Source of the DNA: the human T2T-CHM13v2.0 reference genome, Homo sapiens
Strand: one strand, 5' to 3'
DNA: 64,000 nucleotides
Assembly (NCBI RefSeq): GCF_009914755.1
Contig: NC_060943.1
Numbering within the stretch: the first letter of the stretch is position 1; each line of letters begins with the position of its first letter. The notes below the pieces were generated by a model that was not told where the DNA came from, made no database searches, and saw only the letters and a program-made list of their open reading frames with translations. Position numbers and translations under genes: made by a program. Of this stretch, positions 63,996 through 64,000 are shown in pieces.

Positions 63996-64000
63996 AATAG

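Overview
Primate (human-like) non-coding genomic DNA. It is extremely Alu-dense (roughly 70 Alu copies or fragments, about a third of the window by eye) and also holds L1, L2, MIR, MaLR LTR and hAT DNA-transposon remnants plus many purine/pyrimidine microsatellites. I found no credible protein-coding exon, RNA gene or processed pseudogene, and almost all long ORFs in the track come from Alus or simple repeats. The short unique islands look regulatory: two near-consensus REST/RE1 sites, several RFX X-boxes, a CpG-rich promoter-like element, a 19-bp GATA-motif tandem array, a homeodomain-motif cluster, and a 1-kb TG-rich array with about 27 TGCATG motifs behind a TATA-like box. This fits an intron or flank of a neuronal gene in an Alu-rich region such as chr19p13, but that is inference and I cannot name the gene. 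The most unusual structural signals are (i) a local family of L2-derived copies that resemble each other more than L2 age predicts and share a CTCF+AP-1 cassette, and (ii) several apparent template-switch scars: an inverted duplication spanning an LTR-Alu junction, a 57-bp insertion copied from 5 kb away, mirrored ATGG/CCAT tracts and a hairpin rewritten inside an Alu. Repeat boundaries and subfamily names were assigned by eye and are approximate.
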